Source: an uncultured Gammaproteobacteria bacterium (GTDB lineage Bacteria > Patescibacteriota > Patescibacteriia > Magasanikbacterales > GWA2-37-8). Taken from it: a stretch of 64,000 nt of DNA. The stretch is taken from the NCBI GenBank assembly GCA_964496095.1, contig CAZBWU010000002.1, positions 15,595-79,594 on the forward strand. The letters run 5' to 3'. The notes beneath the pieces are model-generated. The model searched no databases, was not told the DNA's origin, and was given only the letters and a program-made list of their open reading frames with translations. Positions 1 through 9,302 of the stretch are shown here, piece by piece. Every line of letters begins with the position of its first letter. Within the stretch, counting starts at the first letter, position 1. The position numbers and the translations under genes are program-made.

Positions 1-977
1 CAAGCAAACGGTAACAGCCCGAGCCAAGCTAAAAATAACGATCGTCTATTATCGCAACCAAAGGCGCAACCAATTTCAAATAATAATAGTGGAAATACCA
101 GGGACCACAAAATCGGTAAAAACCATTTGGTAATAGTTAATAAATCTGTCTTAAAAACTTTTGCCAAAATAACATTACTTGACCAAAAATTACCATACGA
201 CAATTGACCAACTACAGATTTTAAATTTAATATTTCAGAATTAGGATTATCATAAATAATTGGTCCTACGATCTTAGCTTCCAAAAATTGTTTGCCATCT
301 AACAGTCTTTGTTCATTCGCAATATGTCGCCAACCATCTGCTCCATAAATTAAATCATGCGTAAGCGGTAAATAACTATGTAATAAAAAAGTTTGCAAAA
401 TCAAAAAGAGAATAATAATTGGGGTTTTTAATTTTGACCAAATTAACACTCCTAGTGTAAGCGTAGATAAAAAGAAAATAAAAATGTATTGTGGATTGAT
501 AACTTGCCATGGAGTTAAAATTGCATTTCCTGTACGCGAACTATAAAGCAAATAAAATCCATAACAAACTAAAATTAAAAAGGCTACGGATGCAAACCTG
601 ACTTTTAGTTTATCATTCTGAATGAAATGAAGAATCTTTCTGTCTTCAAGCTCTGTATCGGAAAGATCCCTCGTCCCCCGCTCTTCGCGAAGGGCGGGGT
701 CGCTCGGGATGACAGTTGACGCTATAATTCTTTTTGCCCACCTGGACAATAAGAAAAAAATCAATGCATTCAAAACAAAAATCCCAGCTAAAACCCAAAA
801 AGTTAAAGGCAAAAATAAAATAGCTACTCCAGCTACCCATCCCAAACTAAGAAAACTCGCAAATACTCCCAATATTCTACCATTAAAATTATTATCCAAA
901 CCAAACACTCTGACCAAGACGGCAGATACCCAATTTCCAACAATCAACAAGTAAACTGCAAAGAAAATAAACAACAT
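1..977 (-). CDS. Polytopic integral membrane protein, 3' end truncated by the window edge (possible GT-C-like glycosyltransferase; family not established); ATG at 975-977
   Basis: Manual translation of the minus strand gives an uninterrupted frame from ATG (975-977, preceded in frame by a TAG stop) to position 1. The product is strongly hydrophobic with many predicted TM segments (MLFIFFAVYLLIVGNW...). The frame runs straight through the palindromic repeat at 611-714. Not listed in the ORF track, presumably because it is partial. Confidence 0.5.
   Translation of the reverse strand, partial: MLFIFFAVYLLIVGNWVSAVLVRVFGLDNNFNGRILGVFASFLSLGWVAGVAILFLPLTFWVLAGIFVLNALIFFLLSRWAKRIIASTVIPSDPALREERGTRDLSDTELEDRKILHFIQNDKLKVRFASVAFLILVCYGFYLLYSSRTGNAILTPWQVINPQYIFIFFLSTLTLGVLIWSKLKTPIIILFLILQTFLLHSYLPLTHDLIYGADGWRHIANEQRLLDGKQFLEAKIVGPIIYDNPNSEILNLKSVVGQLSYGNFWSSNVILAKVFKTDLLTITKWFLPILWSLVFPLLLFEIGCAFGCDNRRSLFLAWLGLLPFA
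611..714. repeat. Nested-palindromic MITE/REP-like element copy E1, located inside the membrane-protein CDS and in-frame
   Basis: Termini tcattctgaatg ... cgctcgggatgaca. Internal palindromes gaaagatccctcgtc / gcgaagggcggggtcgc. Same family as the copies at 2590, 13644, 15154, 19461, 31986, 40575, 54453, 56500 and 58396. Confidence 0.7.
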
Positions 978-1121
978 AATTAAGTAAAGTATATAAAATT
1001 CAAAGGAAACAAACAAGCCCTAACCACTAGCAACAATTTATCCCCCTTCTACCAACAGGAATGCCACATTTTTTCTTGCCAAAAAAAACTGATTAGATTA
1101 AGATATACAAACACAAAAAAT

Positions 1122-2582
1122 ATGCCTCCTGACATTACTCAAATAGAAAAAGTTCAGCCTCAAAGCCTAGAAGCCGAAATGTCTCTTCTTGGCTCTGTTT
1201 TGCTTGATAAAGATGCGATGATTAAAATTGCGGACATTGTGCAGGCTGAAGATTTTTACAAAAATGCTAACGCTCAAATTTACGAAGCTATCGTTGAACT
1301 TTACCAAAAAAATGAACCGATTGACTTGCTTACTCTTAGTAATCGCCTTAATGAAAAAGGTCAATTAGAAAAAGCAGGCGGTCACAGCTATCTAGTATCG
1401 CTAACAAATACCGTACCAACCGCATCGCACGTTGTAAACTACGCCCACATTGTCCATAAAAAAGCGACTCGCCGAAGACTCTTAGGCGCCGCTCATGAAA
1501 TTTCCAAATTAGGCTACGACGAAAACGAAGAACTTGATACTCTGCTCGATCAAGCACAAAGAGAACTTTTTGGAGTTTCTCAAAACTACATGAAGCAGAC
1601 TTTTACTCCGATTCGTAGCGTACTTAATGAAGCGTTTGATAGAATTGACGAATTACACAAAAACAAAGGCCAAATGCGAGGCACACCAACTGGCTATCCT
1701 GACCTTGATAATCTTTTGGCCGGTTTGCAAAAATCAGATTTAATTATTCTAGCTGCTCGTCCGAGTGTGGGTAAAACTTCTTTTGCTCTAGATATTGTCC
1801 GCCACGTAGGAGTAAAAAATAAAACACCTGTAGGGCTCTTTTCTTTGGAAATGAGTAAAGAACAGCTAGTAGACCGCCTCCTCTGTTCTGAAGCCAACGT
1901 AGACCTCTGGAAGATGCGTACTGGACGATTGAGCGACAGACCTGAAGATGATGATTTCCCTCGTATTGGTCATGCGATGGGTGTACTTTCTGAAGCGCCA
2001 ATTTTTATTGATGATGCGCCAAACAACAATATCATGCAGATCCGTACCAAGGCTCGCCGTCTACAGATGGAACATGGCTTAGGGCTGATAGTTATCGACT
2101 ACTTGCAGCTCATGGAATCACGTGGAAGTTTGGAAAATCGTGTGCAAGAAGTTGCGGAAATCACTCGTGGTCTCAAAGGTATTGCACGTGAACTTAATAT
2201 TCCAGTAATGGCTCTATCACAGTTGTCTCGTACGGTAGAACAAAGCAAACCGGCTGTGCCAAAACTTTCTCACTTGCGTGAATCAGGGTCTATTGAACAG
2301 GACGCGGATGTGGTATTATTTATCTATCGTAAATCCGCCGACCGTAACTATCGCCCCGAAGATATTCCGCCTGATGAAAAAAATATTGCCGAAATCCATA
2401 TTGCCAAACACCGTAACGGTCCAACCGGCATGGTCCGAATGATCTTTGATGAACAGCGCGCTTCCTTCCGCAACATGACTACCCAATATACAGATCGTAT
2501 GGCTCCAGCTACCGCAGCACCTACTCTCAAACCAAAATCAGCGTTTAGTAACAACAGTGCCTTATCTGAACCACCAATGTAG
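1122..2582 (+). CDS. dnaB: Replicative DNA helicase DnaB
   Basis: DnaB N-terminal domain (LEAEMSLLGSVLLD), Walker A GARPSVGKTSFALD, the IDYLQLM motif and a typical 486-aa length. Confidence 0.9.
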   Translation: MPPDITQIEKVQPQSLEAEMSLLGSVLLDKDAMIKIADIVQAEDFYKNANAQIYEAIVELYQKNEPIDLLTLSNRLNEKGQLEKAGGHSYLVSLTNTVPTASHVVNYAHIVHKKATRRRLLGAAHEISKLGYDENEELDTLLDQAQRELFGVSQNYMKQTFTPIRSVLNEAFDRIDELHKNKGQMRGTPTGYPDLDNLLAGLQKSDLIILAARPSVGKTSFALDIVRHVGVKNKTPVGLFSLEMSKEQLVDRLLCSEANVDLWKMRTGRLSDRPEDDDFPRIGHAMGVLSEAPIFIDDAPNNNIMQIRTKARRLQMEHGLGLIVIDYLQLMESRGSLENRVQEVAEITRGLKGIARELNIPVMALSQLSRTVEQSKPAVPKLSHLRESGSIEQDADVVLFIYRKSADRNYRPEDIPPDEKNIAEIHIAKHRNGPTGMVRMIFDEQRASFRNMTTQYTDRMAPATAAPTLKPKSAFSNNSALSEPPM

Positions 2583-2589
2583 CGGCCAA

Positions 2590-2684
2590 TGTCATTCTGA
2601 GCAAAGCGAAGAATCTTTCCGTTAGCAAAACTTTTTCTCGGAAAGATCCCTCGTCGACCTAAAAAGGCCTCGCTCGGGATGACA
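2590..2684. repeat. MITE/REP-like palindromic element copy E2, starting 8 nt after the dnaB stop
   Basis: tgtcattctgagcaaagcgaagaatc ... ggaaagatccctcgtcgacc ... cgctcgggatgaca; the termini are inverted repeats. Confidence 0.75.
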
Positions 2685-2728
2685 ACGTTTTCTAAATTCA
2701 TAATTCATTATTTTTAATTCAAAAAAAT

Positions 2729-3031
2729 ATGTCCGTATTTTCAAAACTCAAACAGTTCAAAGATTTACGCGAACAAGGTAAAAAACTCCAGGGCGCTTTG
2801 GCTGGAGAATCAGCCACTGTAAATAATGGCGGTGTAGCTATAACTATGGATGGTAATTTTCAATTGACCGGAGTGGCAATTGACGAAGAACTACTAAACC
2901 CAAACAAAAAAGCAAAACTAGAAAATGCAATTAAAGACGCCCATGCCGACGCCCTCAAAAAAATGCAACGCATTATGGCTAGCAAGATGCAAGAAATGGG
3001 TGGCATGGAAAATTTATTTCCTAAAAATTAA
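2729..3031 (+). CDS. ybaB: Nucleoid-associated protein YbaB/EbfC family
   Basis: 100-aa protein with the YbaB signature (GGVAITMDGNFQLTGVAIDEELL...KKMQ), positioned immediately upstream of recR as in the conserved ybaB-recR pair. Confidence 0.85.
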   Translation: MSVFSKLKQFKDLREQGKKLQGALAGESATVNNGGVAITMDGNFQLTGVAIDEELLNPNKKAKLENAIKDAHADALKKMQRIMASKMQEMGGMENLFPKN

Positions 3032-3633
3032 TGTCTTACTCCCCCTCCATCCAAAATTTAATTAAGGCGTTTCGAAAACTTCCAACGGTCGGCCAAAGAA
3101 CGGCCGAACGTTTTGTTTTTTATCTTCTCAAATCTGGCAAAAAAGAAGTTGCGGAAATCACTCTGGCTCTCAAAGAACTGATAGACAACGTGAAGAGCTG
3201 TGAAATCTGCTGGGATTTTGCCGATCAAAGCCCTTGCGCTATTTGCAACAATAAAACTAGAGATCAAAATACAATTTGTATTATTAGCGAACCGCAAGAT
3301 ATCCAAGTCATCGAAGGCACTGGCGCTTATACCGGGTTGTACCATGTCTTACGCGGAGTACTAGAAGCTGGCGAAGAAGATTTGGGCAGGCTCAAAATAA
3401 AAGAGCTTTTTGAAAAATTAAAAAATAATACAAATATTACTGAACTTATCCTGGCGCTCAATCCTGATTTGTCAGGCGAAACCACCATGTTATTTTTGGA
3501 AAAAAATATAAAAATCAAATTTCCCAATCTCAAAGTGACACGACTCGCCCGAGGACTACCGATGGGAAGTGACTTGCAATATGCAGATGAGATTACTTTG
3601 GGTAGTGCGATAAAAAATAGGACTATTAAATAA
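3031..3633 (+). CDS. recR: Recombination protein RecR
   Basis: HhH motif (LPTVGQRTAERFVFYLL), a C4 zinc finger (CEICWDFADQSPCAIC), a Toprim region and a 200-aa length. Confidence 0.9.
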   Translation: MSYSPSIQNLIKAFRKLPTVGQRTAERFVFYLLKSGKKEVAEITLALKELIDNVKSCEICWDFADQSPCAICNNKTRDQNTICIISEPQDIQVIEGTGAYTGLYHVLRGVLEAGEEDLGRLKIKELFEKLKNNTNITELILALNPDLSGETTMLFLEKNIKIKFPNLKVTRLARGLPMGSDLQYADEITLGSAIKNRTIK

Positions 3634-3653
3634 TCATTCATTAAAATATAAAT

Positions 3654-4040
3654 ATGAGTGCAGAAGGAAGACCAGCTAGAGAAACCAGAACTTTAAACTC
3701 AAGAAAAAGCCGGGAAATAAAGAGGGAGCTTGGAGCAAGGTTTGTAACAGATCTCGCTATTGCCTTAAGTAGTGTAATTTACAAAGACAAAAAACTTCCT
3801 TCTGATACTTCCTGCACATCTTGTGCCTTTATTTCTGAAGCACTCACAAAATTAGCATACGATCTCAATGATCTCTCTGAACAAGAAAAACAAGAAATTA
3901 AAACAAGTCCCGGTGCAATACAAAGCTGGTTAGAAGGTAGAACTAATCCAACACCTGAAAAGTTTACAGCTATCAGGCAACTACTTATAAAAATTAAAGC
4001 CCCAGAAGAATTAATTCCTAAAGAAAATCTCTTTCAATAA
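3654..4040 (+). CDS. Hypothetical protein with a C-terminal XRE-like helix-turn-helix
   Basis: 128-aa ORF whose C-terminus (SPGAIQSWLEGRTNPTPEKFTAIRQLL) resembles the XRE-family HTH pattern. Followed by a terminator. Confidence 0.4.
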   Translation: MSAEGRPARETRTLNSRKSREIKRELGARFVTDLAIALSSVIYKDKKLPSDTSCTSCAFISEALTKLAYDLNDLSEQEKQEIKTSPGAIQSWLEGRTNPTPEKFTAIRQLLIKIKAPEELIPKENLFQ

Positions 4041-4059
4041 AAAATAAAGGGAAAGAACC

Positions 4060-4092
4060 AAAAAACCCGCCTTTACAGCGGGTTTTTTGTTT
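4060..4092. terminator. Bidirectional rho-independent terminator between the convergent XRE-like gene and rplU
   Basis: aaaaaacccgcctttacagcgggttttttgtttt: a GC stem flanked by an A-run and a T-run. Confidence 0.6.
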
Positions 4093-4107
4093 TAAATTTT
4101 GAAAATA

Positions 4108-4413
4108 TTACGCAATCTTTACCAAGCTGAATCTTTGTCTTTGACCTCTTACTTTGTGGTAACGAACTTTGCGTTTAAATTTCTCTACGCGCAAGGTGCG
4201 TTCTTTGCCTTGTTTTTCTAAAGTGGCGGAGATAGTCACACCCTCAAGAAAAGGTTGACCGATTTTAACATCACTACCGTCATCTTTGGCAGTTAATAAA
4301 ACTTGATCAAAAACAACTTTCTCACCTTCAACAACAGGTAATTTTTCTATTTTTAGAGTTTCTCCGGTCTTAACCAGATATTGTTTTCCGCCGGTGGCAA
4401 TTACTGCGAGCAT
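4108..4413 (-). CDS. rplU: 50S ribosomal protein L21
   Basis: 101 aa (MLAVIATGGKQYLVKTGETLKIEKL...) with the typical L21 sequence. Confidence 0.9.
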   Translation of the reverse strand: MLAVIATGGKQYLVKTGETLKIEKLPVVEGEKVVFDQVLLTAKDDGSDVKIGQPFLEGVTISATLEKQGKERTLRVEKFKRKVRYHKVRGQRQRFSLVKIA

Positions 4414-4488
4414 ATAATGAATTATGAAGACGAATTAAGAATAATGATAATAGTGTGCGTAGTATATGCTAAAGATTAATTTTTGTCA

Positions 4489-4544
4489 ACCCTGTTAAAT
4501 GCCCCTTTGGGGCAAACCCGATATATTCGGGTTATTTAACAGGG
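4489..4544. promoter_or_regulatory. Perfect 12-bp inverted repeat enclosing two hairpins, in the rplU 5' region (candidate r-protein leader structure or solitary MITE)
   Basis: ACCCTGTTAAAT-[GCCCCTTTGGGGC]-[AAACCCGATATATTCGGGTT]-ATTTAACAGGGT, flanked by the direct repeat GTCAACCC. Lies between the DUF192 gene stop and the rplU start on the transcribed (minus) strand. Confidence 0.4.
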
Positions 4545-4581
4545 TCAACCCAAAGATACTCCCAAAACCAGCTTAAAATAC

Positions 4582-5052
4582 TTAATCCGTGATTACTTGT
4601 AGCTCATCCCCTATTTTAACACCTGTCCGCTCCATAAACCCAGCTGGAACCTCCAAAACAAGAGTAGCTTCGGCACGTGGCTTGTATACCACCAGCTTTT
4701 CCTCTGGCACATGCATTTCTGGCGGTAAATTAGGGGCAATATCTACAATTGTATTATTATATAACCAAATTATATCAAGCGGAAAGTGCATGTCTCGCAT
4801 AACCATAGCATACCTATCACTAGTCGGAAAGACAAACAGCATGCCACCATACTTGCCCATATCTTTTCTATCGCTCCAGCCTTTGAATCTATGATTGGGA
4901 GTGTCGGCCACCAGAACATACAATTTCTGGTTGCCGATTTTTATAGTGGCCTTTGTCCAAATGGCACCATAGATTCTATAGCCAATAGAAATAACTACAA
5001 GAATTGCGATTAGTACCAGATGCCAAGTTTTAAATGTTTTTTTTTCTTGCAT
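4582..5052 (-). CDS. DUF192 (COG1430) family protein, membrane anchored
   Basis: N-terminal TM helix followed by a DUF192-like core (GMLFVF...MRDMHFPLDIIWL). Confidence 0.65.
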   Translation of the reverse strand: MQEKKTFKTWHLVLIAILVVISIGYRIYGAIWTKATIKIGNQKLYVLVADTPNHRFKGWSDRKDMGKYGGMLFVFPTSDRYAMVMRDMHFPLDIIWLYNNTIVDIAPNLPPEMHVPEEKLVVYKPRAEATLVLEVPAGFMERTGVKIGDELQVITD

Positions 5053-5061
5053 ATAAATAAA

Positions 5062-6069
5062 CTAAACTTTCTTTCGTCCAATCAAATGACTAACTATTGC
5101 CATTAAAATTACTAAAAACAATAAAGCGTAAAATTTTTGTAAACTTTGTAAAAACAAGGTGCTCAGACCAAATAAAATTGCCATAAAATATAAAAGACCA
5201 ACTGCTTGCCTCTGACTAAATCCGCCGTCCACCAAACGAAAATGAAGGTGTTCACGGTCGCCAGTAAAAATAGGCTGCCCTCGACGGACTCTTATATATA
5301 TTACACGAATTAGGTCAAAAACGGGAATAGCCATCACTAGTAGCGCAGTCGCAAGTTTTCCACCACCGACAATCGCCAATACCCCAATCATAAACCCGAG
5401 CAACATACTACCACTCTCTCCTAAAAATATTTTGGCTGGATAGAAATTAAAAACCAAAAATCCTAAACATACTCCCAAAAAAATAAGCGCAACCAAACTA
5501 ACATTGGGTTGATAAAATTTGGTAATGGAAGTGAGTAGATATATAACAAACGCGCCAATAGCTACCACTCCTGTCGCTAGACCGTCCAGGCCATCTAAAA
5601 TTTTTACCGTATAAGTCGTGCCCATCAACCAAAAAAATACCAAAATACCCCCAAGCATATTTCCAAACTCAATATAACCGCCAAAAGGGTTTGTAATTTT
5701 ACTAATCCACGGAACAAAAAGAGCTGAGATCATAATAGCAATTACTACAAATAACAAACGCACTTTGGCTGACATAGGCCTAATATCATCCGCTATGCCA
5801 ACAAGCAACATAATAACGGAAGAAATCAGCGCCACCATTAAAAAATCTTGAATTCGCTCTATTCCTCTAATAGGATGAAAAATAAGCAAAAATAAAATTA
5901 CTGCCCAAAAGGATAAAAAAATTGACACCCCGCCAAGCAGGGCCACAGGCTTGTCGTGTAAATGCCTACCGCCATCTGGCCGATCGACAATACTTAACTT
6001 CAAAGCCACCTTTCTAACTAGAAAAGTTGATATGAGTGATAATAAAAAAGCGATTAGAAAATAAAACAT
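5062..6069 (-). CDS. Glycosyltransferase family 4 polyprenyl-phosphate sugar-1-phosphate transferase (MraY/WecA-like)
   Basis: 335 aa, polytopic, with the DD motif (IADDIRP) and ILDGLDGLATG characteristic of the MraY/WecA family. The length favours WecA/TagO-like over MraY. Confidence 0.7.
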   Translation of the reverse strand: MFYFLIAFLLSLISTFLVRKVALKLSIVDRPDGGRHLHDKPVALLGGVSIFLSFWAVILFLLIFHPIRGIERIQDFLMVALISSVIMLLVGIADDIRPMSAKVRLLFVVIAIMISALFVPWISKITNPFGGYIEFGNMLGGILVFFWLMGTTYTVKILDGLDGLATGVVAIGAFVIYLLTSITKFYQPNVSLVALIFLGVCLGFLVFNFYPAKIFLGESGSMLLGFMIGVLAIVGGGKLATALLVMAIPVFDLIRVIYIRVRRGQPIFTGDREHLHFRLVDGGFSQRQAVGLLYFMAILFGLSTLFLQSLQKFYALLFLVILMAIVSHLIGRKKV

Positions 6070-6072
6070 AAA

Positions 6073-8868
6073 CTATTCTACCGACATCATCCCTCCAGCT
6101 CCAACCGTCACCGTACTACCCCTTCTCAGTTTACCTTGCAATAACAATTCTGCCAATTTGTTTTCTACTTTCTCCTGTAAAGCCCTACGCATAGGTCTGG
6201 CACCAAACTCGGCATCAAAACCAACATCAACCAAAAATTCTAAGGCTTCATCGGTCGCTACCAAAGTCACGCCTTTTTCTTCAATATTTTTGGCAAGCTT
6301 CAAAAACATTTGGTTGGCGATTTTTTTGATACCATCTCTGTCCAAATCATTAAATAAAACAATACCATCAAACCGGTTCAAAAATTCCGGACGATAATAT
6401 TGTTTGAGTTCACCGTGAAGAAGTTGATTGAGAACTTTTTCATGCGGAACGCCATTTCGGTTTTGCTCTTGCACAAAGGCTGTGCCGGCATTGGAAGTAG
6501 CAATGATAATGACATTGGTGAAATCATAGACATGACCCGTACTGTCGCTCAACCGGCCATCATCCATAACTTGCAAAAATAAATTCAAAATATCAGGATC
6601 AGCTTTTTCCATTTCATCCAAGAGTACGAGTGAAAATGGATTCTGACGTATAGCTTCGGTCAGCACCCCGCTCGCCTTTTCTCCTGGCATACCAATAAGC
6701 CGATAAATACTAGACTTGTCTTGGTATTCACTCATATCTAGGCGAATCATACGATCTTCTCCGCCAAAATAAATATCAGCGATAGTTTTGGCAAGTTCGG
6801 TTTTACCTACACCAGTTGGACCCAAAAATAAAAAGCTAGCAATTGGCCGTTTGCCCGAACGAATCTCGGCTCTCGCTCTACGCAAGGCATTGGCTACGGC
6901 ACTCACGCCTTCTTCTTGACCAATCACGCGCTTGCGCATTTCTTCTTCTAGGTGCATTAATTTTTCTGATTCATTACTAGATATTGCCGACAAAGGAATC
7001 TTTGTTTTTTCGGTAATAACAGTGGCCACTTCTTCTTTAGTCACTAGAGAATTAGCGCCTTTGGTATTATGAGTAAGGCTCGCAGCTTCGGTAATAATCT
7101 CCAGCGCATTGCCAGGCAAAACTGTTTCATGCAAAAATTTCATGGAAAATTCTACCGCTTTTTCTATAGCCGAGTAAGAGAAAAAAACATTTTGTTTATA
7201 CTCCAAAGAACCAACTCTTGATTCCAAAACTTGAATAGCCTGATCTTCGTTCATCTCGGCAATATTTACTTTGGTAAAGACATCTTTGAGCGAAGAATTT
7301 GAAAAACGTCCGGCATAATCTTCGGTAGTAGTGGTAGCAATAGTAAGCACCTTATCACTACGCAAAAATTCAGCGATAGTATCGGCCATATCAAGACTAC
7401 CACTCTCACCGACCGACACACCCACAAGCTCATGCAAATTATTGATAAATAAAATCACATTTCGCGCTCGAGAAATCTCTTGCATGATAGATTGCAATCT
7501 CTCCACCGCTCCCTCGGGGCTTGTGCCGGCGAGCAAAGCCGAACTGCTAAGCCTAATCAATCTTTTATCTTTAAGTTTACTTGGCACATCTCCAGAGATC
7601 ATACTTTGAGCAATTCCCTCTACAATCGTTTTTTTACCCACCCCATGCTCGCCTACCAAAATCACATTATTTTGGCCACCATCAATTACTTGGAAAATCT
7701 GATCTATCTCAGCGGTACGAGCCACACATTCTTCTAGTTGGCCAAAATGAGCCATCATCGTAATATCAGAACTAAAACTATTTAAGTACGGTGTCGCTAG
7801 AGCAGTCATCGCTTTATCCATGCCATACTTGGAATGATGACTGATAGCCTTTTGCATTTTGAGGTACTCATGATGAAAACGTTCACGCATTCTCGCCCAC
7901 TCAATCACATTAGTCAGCTGTCTTTCGGAAATATCAAAATCAAACAACATGTCTTGCAAAGCAGGAGTTTCTCGCAATACTACAATCAATAACTCAGTCA
8001 CACTCACATAATCCTGCCGAGCCAAACAGGCTTCTTCGTAGGCTTGGAAAATTATTTGGTGAATATCTTTAGATACTATTGGCGACACACCATCATAAGC
8101 TTTTTGCTTATCAACCATTGGGAAAATATGCTCTAATTCTTTTTGCAAAGAACTAGCCGGAATTCCAAGTCTAATAAAAATATTGGAAATTCTATTAAAT
8201 GACAATAGTGTATAAAATATATGTTCAGGTTTTAATTCTTTGACTCTCATTTTATCAGCCAAACCATAGCTCTTAGCTAGAGCTGTCAAAGCTTCTTCAG
8301 TAAAAGCATTGGCAATATTAAATTTTTTTCTGCCAGAAAATTTTTTCGCTTGTGCCCAAGAATCTACAACCGCATCTGCCTTTTTCTCTTTATGTTGATA
8401 ATCATGTTTGAATGTTTCCATTTTACCCACAGATTCTTTCTTACGGATAATTTGATACCAAAGATATAGGATTGATAAGACACCTAACCAAAATAAAAAT
8501 TCTGCCCAATTATTTATTCCCTTAAAAAACAAAGACCATTGTTTCGGATCTGCTAATAAAGCAAACTTATCTTGCTTGAAAATAATAAACCCAGCCCAAA
8601 TCCAAGCGTTGAGCCAAAAGACAAAAGTTGTCACCATTCTTACGCGTTTCAAAATTCTACGCGCTTTTTGCAAAGCCAGATTATATTTGGTGAGCGAAAA
8701 ATCCCAATACAACCATAACCCACGCCTAGACATACCAAAAGCCATACTTTGACACTCTTTACATTTTCGGAGTTTGACAAAGCCTGTGCCTTGGCAGGTT
8801 TCACAAAAAAGTAATTTTAATGATTCTGATTTTTTAAATTGCTGCATATATAAGTCCGTAAAAAACAA
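6073..8868 (-). CDS. ClpC/ClpB-family double-AAA+ unfoldase with an N-terminal zinc ribbon and two TM helices
   Basis: Two AAA modules (Walker A GEHGVGKKT and GPTGVGKT; D2 Walker B LLDEME; sensor SRLIGMPGE), Clp_N-like repeats and a short middle region. The N-terminus carries CETCQ...CKECQ followed by two hydrophobic helices. The D1 Walker B reads FINNLH rather than FIDE(I/L)H. Confidence 0.85.
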   Translation of the reverse strand: MFFTDLYMQQFKKSESLKLLFCETCQGTGFVKLRKCKECQSMAFGMSRRGLWLYWDFSLTKYNLALQKARRILKRVRMVTTFVFWLNAWIWAGFIIFKQDKFALLADPKQWSLFFKGINNWAEFLFWLGVLSILYLWYQIIRKKESVGKMETFKHDYQHKEKKADAVVDSWAQAKKFSGRKKFNIANAFTEEALTALAKSYGLADKMRVKELKPEHIFYTLLSFNRISNIFIRLGIPASSLQKELEHIFPMVDKQKAYDGVSPIVSKDIHQIIFQAYEEACLARQDYVSVTELLIVVLRETPALQDMLFDFDISERQLTNVIEWARMRERFHHEYLKMQKAISHHSKYGMDKAMTALATPYLNSFSSDITMMAHFGQLEECVARTAEIDQIFQVIDGGQNNVILVGEHGVGKKTIVEGIAQSMISGDVPSKLKDKRLIRLSSSALLAGTSPEGAVERLQSIMQEISRARNVILFINNLHELVGVSVGESGSLDMADTIAEFLRSDKVLTIATTTTEDYAGRFSNSSLKDVFTKVNIAEMNEDQAIQVLESRVGSLEYKQNVFFSYSAIEKAVEFSMKFLHETVLPGNALEIITEAASLTHNTKGANSLVTKEEVATVITEKTKIPLSAISSNESEKLMHLEEEMRKRVIGQEEGVSAVANALRRARAEIRSGKRPIASFLFLGPTGVGKTELAKTIADIYFGGEDRMIRLDMSEYQDKSSIYRLIGMPGEKASGVLTEAIRQNPFSLVLLDEMEKADPDILNLFLQVMDDGRLSDSTGHVYDFTNVIIIATSNAGTAFVQEQNRNGVPHEKVLNQLLHGELKQYYRPEFLNRFDGIVLFNDLDRDGIKKIANQMFLKLAKNIEEKGVTLVATDEALEFLVDVGFDAEFGARPMRRALQEKVENKLAELLLQGKLRRGSTVTVGAGGMMSVE

Positions 8869-9187
8869 CTATCGGCAGAACTAACCAGATTAAAAATAAA
8901 ATTGAACAAAAAATTAACCAAAGAAAAAGTCCGAAAATACGAACTATAATTTGCACTAATCTGACAAAAAAACTGATAACTCGTCCTTGAAAATCAAACT
9001 GGCCATACATTGGCACAAACAGATTGGCCAACCACAAACCCGGAGCCAGGCTTTCATTACCCGTTTTGAGCAGACTAAAACATTGGCGCAAAGCATAGAG
9101 AATGCCCTTGCTATACCACCAAAGAGGAAAATAAAAAATATCAATAACAGATTCCAAAAGTAAATGCTGGAAAATAAGAATACCCAT
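8834..9187 (-). CDS. Hypothetical small membrane protein
   Basis: 117 aa, hydrophobic, overlapping the start of the ClpC-like gene. No recognisable domain. Confidence 0.35.
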   Translation of the reverse strand: MGILIFQHLLLESVIDIFYFPLWWYSKGILYALRQCFSLLKTGNESLAPGLWLANLFVPMYGQFDFQGRVISFFVRLVQIIVRIFGLFLWLIFCSILFLIWLVLPIVVFYGLIYAAI

Positions 9188-9302
9188 AATAGTTTTTATT
9201 ATACCATAAAAATGAAATTGTGCCGACTTTATTTATCCAAAGCTTGACGCAGTAATCCATCTATGTTAAATAAACTTCCAGGCCTAAAGGAGGGCCACTA
9301 CT

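Noticed and set aside
646-954. Track ORFs 646..840 (minus) and 709..954 (plus)
   Set aside because: They are translations of the palindromic repeat or lie antisense to the partial membrane-protein gene that occupies 1..977 on the minus strand.
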